A stretch of DNA of 64,000 bases from Rhodothermales bacterium (GCA_951812585.1 OX638318.1:1501058-1565057), one strand, 5' to 3'. Counted from the first letter of the stretch, positions 47,049-56,176 are shown. Notes: generated from the letters alone by a model not told the origin. Program-made: numbers and translations.

Positions 47049-48344
47049 CTAAGCCGCTGCACCGGCAGCGATGCGCTTGGGTACTGCGTGGCCAGCGCCA
47101 TTATGCTGGGGGTGCCAGATATCGTGGTAGAATGCCGCCATGCGGGCCATCACCTGGTCCCAGTCAAATAGCAAGGCGCGTGCACGCGCACGGGATCCCA
47201 TGGTCTGCCGGAGCATGGGGCTGGACAATAGGCGCGCAACCTTTTCTACGAAATCGCTGCTGTCGCCGGGCGTAGCAAGAAAACCCGTGTCGCCCTCCAC
47301 CACGAGTGCGTCGCTGCCCGCAGCATTGGCGCAAACCGCAGGAAGTCCCGAGGCCATGGCCTCCAGCGTCACATTGCCGAAGGTCTCAGTGTCGCTGGGA
47401 AACAGAAACACATCGGAAGACGCATATGCCGTCGGAAGATGATCCCTGGCAATCGTGCCCGTGAAAATAGTGTTGGGCAAGCGTTCAGCAAGCCGCTTGT
47501 AGGCGGGACCGTCTCCCACTATCATGCTGCGGTGCGAGATGCCGCGGGCCTCCAGGCCGCGGATCGTATCCGCAAACACCGCCAGGCCTTTCTCCCAGAC
47601 CAGGCGGCCTACGTAGGTCACCACGACCTCATGGTCCTGGATACCTGCAGTGCTTCTCCAGGTCGCGCTTCGACGCGCCGGATTGAATTGCTCCGGATCG
47701 ACTCCGCGCGGCCACAAACGAAGGCCGTTGGAGATGCCGCGTGCACGGAGTTCGTCCGCGATGGATTCCGAAGGGACATAGATGTGCTGACATTTAGGGT
47801 AGAACCACCGGCCATATCGCCATGCCGTCGTTTCCAGCAGATCTATCCGGTAGAAACGATGGTACGAAGGGAAGTATTTCAGGTAAGCACTAAAGTGCGT
47901 GTGAAACGACGCCACCACGGGAATCTTGTGCGTGCCGGCCCACTGCAACGCCTGCGCGCCCAGGTAGTCGGGCGAAGCAATGTGAACCAGATCGGGCGCG
48001 AAAGCCTCCAGGCGTGTGCGCCCTTTGCGTGGAAGCCCGAGCGACAATCGGTAGTCACTGCGACCAGGCCAAGGCACCGAAGGCACAGACACCAGCGTGC
48101 CGGCGTGCTTAAATGGCGGGGGTTCCTTGGATGTTGGGGCGAAAATCAGAACATCCGCTCCTTGTCCCTCGAGGTAGGAGACCAAACGGTTCAGCGTGAG
48201 CGTAACCCCGTCAGAGATGTGGTTGTAGGCACCAGCAAACAGGGCGATGTGCCTGCCCGCTATGCTTCCCGCGTTGCCCGTGATGTCCGGCCGGGTCATG
48301 GTGCCCAAATCCAACGGCGTTTTACTCGGCGCAGTCCTATGCAT
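47049..48344 (-). CDS. glycosyltransferase family 4, SqdX/MgtA-like
   Basis: HIALFAGAYNHISDGVTLTLNRLVSYLEGQG N-terminal pattern and ETFGNVTLEAMASGLPAV. Alternative start ATG at 48299. Confidence 0.78.
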   Translation of the reverse strand: MHRTAPSKTPLDLGTMTRPDITGNAGSIAGRHIALFAGAYNHISDGVTLTLNRLVSYLEGQGADVLIFAPTSKEPPPFKHAGTLVSVPSVPWPGRSDYRLSLGLPRKGRTRLEAFAPDLVHIASPDYLGAQALQWAGTHKIPVVASFHTHFSAYLKYFPSYHRFYRIDLLETTAWRYGRWFYPKCQHIYVPSESIADELRARGISNGLRLWPRGVDPEQFNPARRSATWRSTAGIQDHEVVVTYVGRLVWEKGLAVFADTIRGLEARGISHRSMIVGDGPAYKRLAERLPNTIFTGTIARDHLPTAYASSDVFLFPSDTETFGNVTLEAMASGLPAVCANAAGSDALVVEGDTGFLATPGDSSDFVEKVARLLSSPMLRQTMGSRARARALLFDWDQVMARMAAFYHDIWHPQHNGAGHAVPKRIAAGAAA

Positions 48345-48402
48345 TGAACGCCGCCGAACAGGTGTATACCTCTCCCAGTGCTCCTCTAGCCGCCGTAAGC
48401 CA

Positions 48403-51240
48403 CTAGAAAGTAACAGCGTGGTATGGGTTTTCTTTTGTTAGCGCCTCGCGGAGGAACCGCGCCGTATGGCTCTCTTCATGTTTCGCTACTTCTTCCGGTG
48501 TGCCGGTGACTACCACACACCCCCCGGCGAAACCGCCCTCCGGTCCCAGGTCAATAATCCAGTCGGCTGCCTTGATGATATCCATGTTGTGCTCAATCAC
48601 CACGACGGAATGGCCTTGCTCCATCAGGCGGTTCAATGCCGCCAGCAGCTTCCGGATATCGTCAAAGTGCAGTCCGGTCGTGGGTTCATCAAAGATATAG
48701 AGCACCTGCTCTTTGAGACTGCTGCCCAGATGCGTGGCAAGCTTGACGCGCTGCGCCTCGCCCCCGGACAAGGTAGTCGCCGGCTGCCCAAGCTTCAGAT
48801 AACCTAGCCCGATGGTGCTTAGGGTCTTAAGGCGTGACACTACAGACCGCTTCCCCGAAAAAAAGTCGATGGCTTCATCGACAGTAAGCTGCAGCACATC
48901 GTCAATGTTCTTGCCCTTGTAGCAAATCTCAAGGACTTCGTCCTTGAATCGCCTTCCTCGGCATTCTTCGCATTCCAGGTAGAGGTCGGCTAAAAACTGC
49001 ATCTCTACCCGGATGGCGCCATCGCCGGCACAGACTTCGCAGCGTCCTCCGTCCACATTGAATGAGAAAACACCGGGCTTGTAGCCGCGCAGCTTGGCAT
49101 GATGGGTGCCTGCAAAAATCTTCCGGATACCATCAAAAGCGCCGGAATACGTGGCCGCATTGGAACGGGAAGAACGGCCTATGGGGCTCTGGTCCACCAT
49201 TTCAACGCGGTCAACAAGTTCGTGTCCGAGGATTCTGTCATGCAGACCGACCGCTTTGCGCAAAACAAACTGTCCCTTGAGCGCGCGCAAGCCCTGATAT
49301 AACGTGTCGCAAACCAGCGTGGACTTGCCCGAGCCGCTGACACCTGTCACTACCGTCAGGCAGCCGAGCGGAAAGGCCACATCAATGCGCTTGAGATTGT
49401 GCGATCGCGCACGCTCGATCACCACGGCACGGGACGGGTGGGGCCGATGCCGCCGGGCGAGGACCGGAATGCGCTTGCGAAGGCTGAGGTAGTCACCTGT
49501 CAAAGAGGCGCTGCTCTGAAGCATTTCCTCGAAACTGCCCTGGAAGGTAATGCGGCCGCCCTTGTGCCCGGAGCCTGGCCCAAGATCAACGATCTCGTCT
49601 GCGTGCTGCATCACCAAGGCATCATGCTCCACCACGATCACGGTATTGCCCAAATCGCGCAGGCGCTGCAGGATGCGGATCAGGCGCGAAGTGTCGCGCG
49701 GATGCAACCCGATGGTGGGCTCGTCCAGGACGTAGAGCGATCCCACCAAGGAGCTGCCTAGCGATGCCGCCAGGTTGATTCGCTGGCTTTCACCCCCGGA
49801 AAGCGTTTGCGACAGGCGATCCAATGTGAGATAGCCCAGACCTACCTCAACCAGAAAGCGCAGCCGGTTGCGAAGCTCTCCCAGCAGCACGGCAGCCACT
49901 TCCTGCTCGAACGGTGTAAGCTTTAGCTCGGCGAAGAATGTGCGCGCATCGCGCGTGGTCAGCTCCAGAACCTGTCCAATATGGAGGCCGCCGATCTGGA
50001 CATGCCGCGCTTCGCGCCGAAGACGGGATCCGCCGCAGTGACTGCAAACGTCATAGCCCACATACCGATTGTACAAGGCGCGCTTGGCCTTAGATGCCGA
50101 TGGCGCGCCCATGTCCTCCAGTAGGGCGCGAATGCCAGGGTATGTTCCGAAGCCCTCCCAAAGCATCATCTTGTCGGACTCACGCAAGTGCTTGTACGGG
50201 CGATTGACGTTTATACGCGCCCATTGCGCAATGTGCAAGAGCTCTGTATGCATGGACCTTAGATCGGGGGGCGGCACTGCAAAGCAGCGCGCAGCGCCTT
50301 CTCGCAAGGAAAGCCACGGCTTGCTGAAGACCAGATCCGCCCTCAGTTCCTTTCTGCGTCCGAAACCCTTGCATGCGGCACAGGCACCCATCGGACTGTT
50401 GAAAGAAAACAGGTGCGCCGTGGGCTCCTCAAACGTCATGCCGTCCCGCTCGAAATGCTGGCTGAACGCAAGCAGCGCGTATTCGCCCATGGCTTGCACC
50501 GCTACGCAGCGGCCTCCGCCCGCCTTGAATGCATGCTCAACAGAATCCGCTATGCGCGTGGCGTTACCTTCGTCGCCCCTGCGGACAACAAGGCGGTCCT
50601 GAACAACATAAGCGGTCCTGAACGGCATTCCGGGCGAGACCTGGTCCAGCGCCATCACCGCAGGGGGTCCCTTTGCTGCCGTGGACAACAGGCGGGTATA
50701 GCCGCGCTGCAGCAAAGCGTCCACCGTAGCGGTGTCATCTAACGGAAACGCCAGATAGAATCGGGTGCCCTCCTCCCAGCACCGGGCCAGCTGCGTGGCT
50801 ACGGAGCGCGGGGTGTCCCGGGTCACGACCTCGCCGCTTACCGGCGAGATGGTTTGGCCTATCTGCGCATACAAAAGGCGGAGGTAGTCATAGATTTCGG
50901 TCTGGGTTGCAACCGTTGAGCGCGGGTTTCGGGAAAGCGCCTTCTGCTCGATGGCGATAGCCGGCGCAAGCCCGCCGAGATAGTCGACATCCGGCTTGTC
51001 CATCCGCACCAGGAATTGCCGTGCATATGCACTGAGGCTTTCCATATACCGCCGCTGGCCTTCGGCAAAGATCGTATTGAATGCCAGTGAGGACTTGCCT
51101 GAGCCCGACGGTCCGGTGATGACGTTGATCTTTCGCTTCGGAAGATCGAGGCTGATATTCTTCAGATTATGCTGTCGGGCGCCGCGGATGATGATGTATT
51201 GCCTTGGGTCCACACCGTGAGTAAAACCTGATAAGTCCAT
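48403..51240 (-). CDS. uvrA: excinuclease ABC subunit A
   Basis: 945 aa. Two ABC ATPase modules (GPSGSGKSSLAF, GVSGSGKSTL), zinc-finger cysteines, and LSGGE signatures. Confidence 0.95.
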   Translation of the reverse strand: MDLSGFTHGVDPRQYIIIRGARQHNLKNISLDLPKRKINVITGPSGSGKSSLAFNTIFAEGQRRYMESLSAYARQFLVRMDKPDVDYLGGLAPAIAIEQKALSRNPRSTVATQTEIYDYLRLLYAQIGQTISPVSGEVVTRDTPRSVATQLARCWEEGTRFYLAFPLDDTATVDALLQRGYTRLLSTAAKGPPAVMALDQVSPGMPFRTAYVVQDRLVVRRGDEGNATRIADSVEHAFKAGGGRCVAVQAMGEYALLAFSQHFERDGMTFEEPTAHLFSFNSPMGACAACKGFGRRKELRADLVFSKPWLSLREGAARCFAVPPPDLRSMHTELLHIAQWARINVNRPYKHLRESDKMMLWEGFGTYPGIRALLEDMGAPSASKAKRALYNRYVGYDVCSHCGGSRLRREARHVQIGGLHIGQVLELTTRDARTFFAELKLTPFEQEVAAVLLGELRNRLRFLVEVGLGYLTLDRLSQTLSGGESQRINLAASLGSSLVGSLYVLDEPTIGLHPRDTSRLIRILQRLRDLGNTVIVVEHDALVMQHADEIVDLGPGSGHKGGRITFQGSFEEMLQSSASLTGDYLSLRKRIPVLARRHRPHPSRAVVIERARSHNLKRIDVAFPLGCLTVVTGVSGSGKSTLVCDTLYQGLRALKGQFVLRKAVGLHDRILGHELVDRVEMVDQSPIGRSSRSNAATYSGAFDGIRKIFAGTHHAKLRGYKPGVFSFNVDGGRCEVCAGDGAIRVEMQFLADLYLECEECRGRRFKDEVLEICYKGKNIDDVLQLTVDEAIDFFSGKRSVVSRLKTLSTIGLGYLKLGQPATTLSGGEAQRVKLATHLGSSLKEQVLYIFDEPTTGLHFDDIRKLLAALNRLMEQGHSVVVIEHNMDIIKAADWIIDLGPEGGFAGGCVVVTGTPEEVAKHEESHTARFLREALTKENPYHAVTF

Positions 51241-51775
51241 GCAAATCAGAGGTTAAGGGCCCGTAGATACGCTTCCGGATAAGTATGAGGCAAAAGCTTG
51301 GATTTGGCAATTGGATGGACGCGGAGCAGGGCTTCGGTGCAGCTTGCCAGCCGTTGCGCGTCTACGCAGCCTTCCATGCATTGGGATGTCATTCCCTTTG
51401 CCAGCGACTTGGCAATAGTGCAGTGATGCGCCCCCAAGGGGTGCGTCAAAACGCGACTCAGCATGTCAATCAGCCAACAGCCAACCTCCAAGATGCGCCG
51501 CAGGCCGCTTGTACGCGCCAAAGAGCGAAATGGCCGCGGCTGCCGCGGCGCTGCGGTACGCGATGGGCAAGCAAGAGGTACTTCGGATACAGTACCGACG
51601 GCCGCAGCGCAATCCCGACCAGGTTGTTGTGCCGCTTATGCAGACACCTTCCAGGCAGTGGGTCAGCTGTCGGAATTGTCCAGCAATGTAATGAAATAGA
51701 TTCATCTTGTTATATAAGCAATTCAGTTCATGTTTATTTAGGGGCTTGTATACTTAACTGTACACTGCTTGGGGC

Positions 51776-51967
51776 TTAGACGAGCCGAAGTTCGTCGTTT
51801 CTTGCCCTCGATTCTGCCGCTTGCTTCGGTTTCGGCCTGGCCTTCACCAGTTGCCTTACCGCCTGCTGGATCGTCAATCCGCGATAGCGCGGATTCGGAC
51901 TGGGCGTGGTGTCGATCCGCTCAAACTCAGCGTGTAACGCGTCCTTCGTATCCTTGACCCTTCTCAT
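51776..51967 (-). CDS. small IS-encoded accessory ORF (63 aa)
   Basis: MRRVKDTKDALHAEFERIDTTPSPNPRYRGLTIQQAVRQLVKARPKPKQAAESRARNDELRLV. Intact although the adjacent transposase gene is heavily damaged. Confidence 0.6.
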   Translation of the reverse strand: MRRVKDTKDALHAEFERIDTTPSPNPRYRGLTIQQAVRQLVKARPKPKQAAESRARNDELRLV

Positions 51968-52878
51968 TGCGCAATCAGATCCTTGTACATAAGCCGCCGC
52001 CCTGCCCGTGCGGACACCACGTGCTGCATTTGTTCGAGCGTGTCCATGTCCCGGACGTTGTGCTTTTACGCAAGCTGCTGCACGTACCGTTGCAAGTGCT
52101 TGGCGCTCATTTTGTGGTACACACCAAGGTACGCCCGCTTCAGCGTGGCCCAGAACGACGCCAGCCCGCTTGTGTGGGCCATGCCGTTGACCTATTCGCC
52201 CCCGCTGTGTTTGACCGTCTCACGCTCCATACCGATCATGCCCTTGTAAGCGGTGGCGTCGTCCGTGTAGACCGTTGCGCCGATTTCGGTGGGGTTATAC
52301 ACGAACTGCTTCAACGTCGGGCCGCTTTGTATCCTCAACGACCTTGGCCGAATCTGGCCGGTACCGCCGTCTTGCCAACCGTTCCGCGTCCCGCTTTCAG
52401 CTTCTTGTGCGCGTGCTTGTTGGCCTCCTTGCCTCCAACCATACGTCTCGTCGGCTTCAACCGGGCCTTCAAACGCGGCGGCGGCTAACGGCGCGAACGC
52501 CTCCCGAATCCGTTGCTGCATGAACCACGCCGACTTTTACGTGATGCCCAGGTCGCGGTGAAGCTTCATGCTGGATACGCCCTTGAGCGCGGTCATTTCA
52601 AGATAAATGGCGTAGGTCCACTGGAGCAAGGGCAACCGAGAGGCTTGCAGCACCGTGCCCGTCCGAACACTGAACCGCTTGCGGCACGTGCGGCAACGGT
52701 ACGGCATGGTCTGTTGCGGGCAAGCATAGGTATCGGTGCCCCTGCACTGCGGACAAAAGCGGCCTTCCGGCCAATAGATGGCCTCAAACCATTCCCGGGC
52801 GGCTTCCTCGTTCGGATACCGCCGTGCCAACGCTAAAAGTGTGATTCCCTTGCGGTGTGATCTGCCTGGCCCTGTCAT
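51964..52878 (-). pseudogene. IS1595-family transposase, multiple lesions
   Basis: Same extra G as copy B (52437-52443 context) and the same TGG-to-TAG stop as copy E. Also two CAA-to-TAA stops (after ...DLGIT and ...QQLA) and an internal deletion. Confidence 0.85.
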
Positions 52879-52948
52879 GATTCCCCCGATCTGGTCTAAT
52901 CCTCATACGGCCCAATCGAAGAAAGTTACAGTTAAGTATATAAGCCCC

Positions 52949-53287
52949 TTTTGTATCCCAGTCTATGGCTATACCCATTGCCGAAAACGACGCACCGCGT
53001 ACTGCGGCGTGCTCACGCACGGCAACCTTAGCACTATCAATCACGCCAGGAAGACCGGGATCGTTACACCACCCACAGGCTGCAGAACCGAAGTACACCA
53101 GCACAAGTTCACGTTCCAGCGGCTCCGTGAATGATGGTGTATATCGCGTCGAGTCGTCGTGATACGCATTCGGCCATTCGACCGTGATGGCCGGGAAAGG
53201 CAGGACGCCCGAGGCTGCCAATACAAACGTCGCGGACAACACCATTACGAATGCTGCTCTCCCCCAGCCTTTCCGATGTGCGTCCAC
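52949..53287 (-). pseudogene. thioredoxin-fold protein (CGWC motif), 3'-truncated by IS copy D
   Basis: GTG start, signal/TM segment, and LVLVYFGSAACGWCND. The reading frame runs straight into the IS inverted repeat after ...GIAIDWDTK (113 aa of native sequence). Confidence 0.6.
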
Positions 53288-53298
53288 TGTCGTGTCGG

Positions 53299-54465
53299 TT
53301 ACCGTGTGGTGATCGGTATAGGATGGATCCCCAGTTGAGGATAAGGTGTGGATTGGGCAGTGTAAAGACGCTCCTGGTCTATGGCCCGCACAATCCTTCC
53401 GGTAAAAGACGAATTGATCGGGCGTACCCCCAGATACTCGCCCTGCCCAGATAGCACATTCACTTTGTAAAAGTGATTCATCCAGCGGTCCCGTTCCACG
53501 GAGCGAATTTCACGGCGTATCAGCCAGAACGACTCTCCGCGTGCTCCTCCGAGGATTTCGATGTCCCAAGACTCGCCAACAACTTGCGGCGGAGCAACAA
53601 AAATCCCCCAGTTCCCGTCCTCAACAACCACCTTCGGTCTGCGTGTCATCCGGGCATCTGAAAACCTGACCTGCCAGATCATATCACCCGACTCGGTGAA
53701 CGCGGTTGCTATGGGAGCACTCGGCTGTGTATACAGAAGAGTGTGATGGGTCGCGTTGCACTCCAGGCTGCCCCCTTCCGCCATTGTATGACGAACAATT
53801 CGATGCGGGCTATTGTAGCGCGCGCCAATCGATAAGACATATTCCCCTTCCAGGGTGTGTTTGTGGATCACACCATCGAGGTCATCGGAGTATCCTGTGG
53901 TGTAAACGTGCCCATGCATCGCGCACATTTCGCCATTAAAGAATGACGCGACAGCACTGAACGAATTCTGGAATTCATGGCTGCCGTCCCGATTCTTTCT
54001 GAACACCGACACCCTTCCTCTTCCGGATCCGACCACCACGTACAAGTCGTCTCCAGTACCCGTAACGGAAACCTTTCTCACAAGGCCAAATTCGCCCGGT
54101 CCTGCCCCGGGGCCTCCGATGATGTCTGCCAGATGGCCTTCAAAATCGTAGGCGCGGACATGACTGAAACTCCCATCCACATAGTATACAAGGCTGTCAC
54201 TAACCGCCACATCCCGTATTTGGCCGATCATGTCGTTTGGACCCCCCTCCTCGTCGCCGACCATGTGACCCTCACGGAGTGCATCCTGCATCCAAAACAA
54301 CGTGTCCTGTGGCTCATCAAAGATGATGAACCTCGGATCTGTGACCGTCGGAATGTTGTCCGGCGTTGGGTGGAAAAGAGCAACGTCCCTGTCTGTCCCT
54401 CCTTGGCAGGACGCGAGTAGCGTCAGTGCCAGCAGGAACAGCAGTGGCTTCCGAGTCGGCCTCAT
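53299..54465 (-). CDS. lipoprotein, probable 6-bladed beta-propeller (NHL-like, GPGEF motif)
   Basis: 388 aa. Lipobox LTLLASC. GGPGAGPGEFGLVRKVSV and repeated beta-strand-rich units. Lower G+C than the core genes. Confidence 0.5.
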   Translation of the reverse strand: MRPTRKPLLFLLALTLLASCQGGTDRDVALFHPTPDNIPTVTDPRFIIFDEPQDTLFWMQDALREGHMVGDEEGGPNDMIGQIRDVAVSDSLVYYVDGSFSHVRAYDFEGHLADIIGGPGAGPGEFGLVRKVSVTGTGDDLYVVVGSGRGRVSVFRKNRDGSHEFQNSFSAVASFFNGEMCAMHGHVYTTGYSDDLDGVIHKHTLEGEYVLSIGARYNSPHRIVRHTMAEGGSLECNATHHTLLYTQPSAPIATAFTESGDMIWQVRFSDARMTRRPKVVVEDGNWGIFVAPPQVVGESWDIEILGGARGESFWLIRREIRSVERDRWMNHFYKVNVLSGQGEYLGVRPINSSFTGRIVRAIDQERLYTAQSTPYPQLGIHPIPITTR

Positions 54466-54583
54466 CCTCTATTGCTCCTCTTGCTCAAACCAAGGGATAC
54501 ATGGCCATTGAATACAGCTAGTCACAAGCCCAACATCCCAAATATAGCATTTCGTAAACCGTGGGTAGTCACCGTCTATAAAT

Positions 54584-54605
54584 GGGGCTTATATACTTAA
54601 CTGTA
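54584..54605 (+). repeat. terminal inverted repeat of copy E (GGGGCTTATATACTTAACTGTA)
   Basis: Exact reverse complement of 55793-55814. Confidence 0.9.
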
Positions 54606-54618
54606 CACTGCTTGGAGC

Positions 54619-54810
54619 TTAGACGTGCCGAAGTTCGTCGTTTCTTGCCCTCGAAGCTGCCGCTTGCTTCGGTTTCGGACTGGCCTTCACCAGTTGCCTT
54701 ACCGCCTGCTGGATCGTCAATCCGCGATAGCGCGGATTCGGACTGGGCGTGGTGTCGATCCGCTCAAACTCAGCGTGCAACGCGCCCTTCGTATCCTTGA
54801 CCCTTCTCAT
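54619..54810 (-). CDS. small IS-encoded accessory ORF (63 aa)
   Basis: MRRVKDTKGALHAEFERIDTTPSPNPRYRGLTIQQAVRQLVKASPKPKQAAASRARNDELRHV. Its ATG overlaps the transposase stop. It ends 35 nt from the IS terminus. Confidence 0.6.
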   Translation of the reverse strand: MRRVKDTKGALHAEFERIDTTPSPNPRYRGLTIQQAVRQLVKASPKPKQAAASRARNDELRHV

Positions 54811-55743
54811 TGCGCAATCAGATCCTTGTACATAAGCCGCCGCCCTGCCCGTGCGGACACCACATGCTGCATTTGTTCGAGCGTGTCCATGTCCCGGACG
54901 TTGTGCTTTTGCGCAAACTGGTGCACGTACCGTTGTAAGTGCTTGGCGCTCATTTTGTGGTACACGCCATGGTGCGCCCGCTTCAGCGTGGCCCAGAACG
55001 ACTTCAGCCCGCTTGTGTGGGCCATGCCGTTGACCTATTCGCCCACGCTGTGTTTGACCGTCTCATGCTCCATACCGATCATGCCCTTGTAAGCGGTGGC
55101 GTCGTCCGTGTAGACCGTTGCGCCGATTTCGGTGGGGTTATACACGAACTGCTTCAACGTCGGGCCGCTTGTGTCCTCAACGACCGTGGCCCGAATCTGG
55201 CCGGTACCGCGGTCTTTCAGCCCCGCTACCGCCGTCTTGCCAACCGTTCCGCGTCCCGCTTTCAGCTTCTTGTGCGCGTGCTTGTTGGCCTCCTTGCCCC
55301 CAACCATACGTCTCGTCGGCTTCAACCGGGCCTTCAAACGCGGCGGCGGCTAACGGCGCGAACGCCTCCCGAATCCGTTGCAGCATGAACCACGCCAACT
55401 TTTGCGTGATGCCCAGGTCGCGGTGAAGCTTCATGCTGGATACGCCCTTGAGCGCGGTCATTTCAAGATAAATGGCGTAGGTCCACTGGAGCAAGGGCAA
55501 CCGTGAGGCTTGCAGCACCGTGCCCGTCCGAACACTGAACCGCTTGCGGCACGTGCGGCAACGGTACGGCATGGTCTGTTGCGGGCAAGCATAGGTATCG
55601 GTGCCCCTGCACTGCGGACAAAAGCGGCCTTCCGGCCAAAAGATGGCCTCAAACCACTCCCGGGCGGCCTCCTCGCTCGGATACCGCCGTGCCAACGCCA
55701 AGAGTGTGAGTCCCTTGCGGTGTGATCTGCCTGGCCCTGTCAT
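54807..55743 (-). pseudogene. IS1595-family transposase, frameshift plus premature stop
   Basis: Extra G at the ETY|VGGK site (55302-55308 context), and GAA TAG GTC where copy B has GAA TGG GTC (W to amber) after ...HSVGE. Confidence 0.85.
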
Positions 55744-55792
55744 GATTCCCCCGATCTGGTTTAATCCTCATACGGCCCAATCGAAGAAAAGT

Positions 55793-55814
55793 TACAGTTA
55801 AGTATATAAGCCCC
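55793..55814 (-). repeat. terminal inverted repeat of copy E
   Basis: TACAGTTAAGTATATAAGCCCC, the exact reverse complement of 54584-54605. Confidence 0.9.
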
Positions 55815-56176
55815 TTATTTAATGTATAACACTATCCGCACCCTTATGCTCCACAGCCAAAGGGTCACAAAGGCGCATCATTAGAAGCTGGATGTTCTCT
55901 CCCGGCACCTGGCCTGACAGCGGAACCAACAGCTGAATGTCTGGGGACGTTTTTTCGTCAACCGGAGGCGGAGCTACCTGAGGTTTTCGCCGTGGAAAAG
56001 CGTTCGGTTCTCCTGGTTGGGTTGGGATATACTACGGGCAGGTGAGCACCTTCTGGCCATCATGGTTTCAGTGCTTCAAAGGTTGGTCCAGTGGTCTGCG
56101 CAGTCAGGTCATGATGCAGGACAGGACACCACCTCCCTGCAATCAACTCAGGAATACGGTGCCCAATCGAATGGCC

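Larger units (their letters stand above)
51741..52948 (-). mobile_element. IS1595-family insertion sequence, copy D (decayed)
   Basis: Inverted repeats GGGGCTTGTATACTTAACTGTA (51741-51762) and TACAGTTAAGTATATAAGCCCC (52927-52948). The interior is homologous to copies B and E. Confidence 0.85.
51741..55814 (-). mobile_element. putative composite transposon (IS copy D + 1.6 kb cargo + IS copy E)
   Basis: Two directly oriented IS copies. The 7 nt abutting the outer ends are identical: TTATTTA at 51734-51740 and at 55815-55821. Confidence 0.55.
54584..55814 (-). mobile_element. IS1595-family insertion sequence, copy E
   Basis: 1231 bp bounded by perfect 22-bp inverted repeats. Confidence 0.9.
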
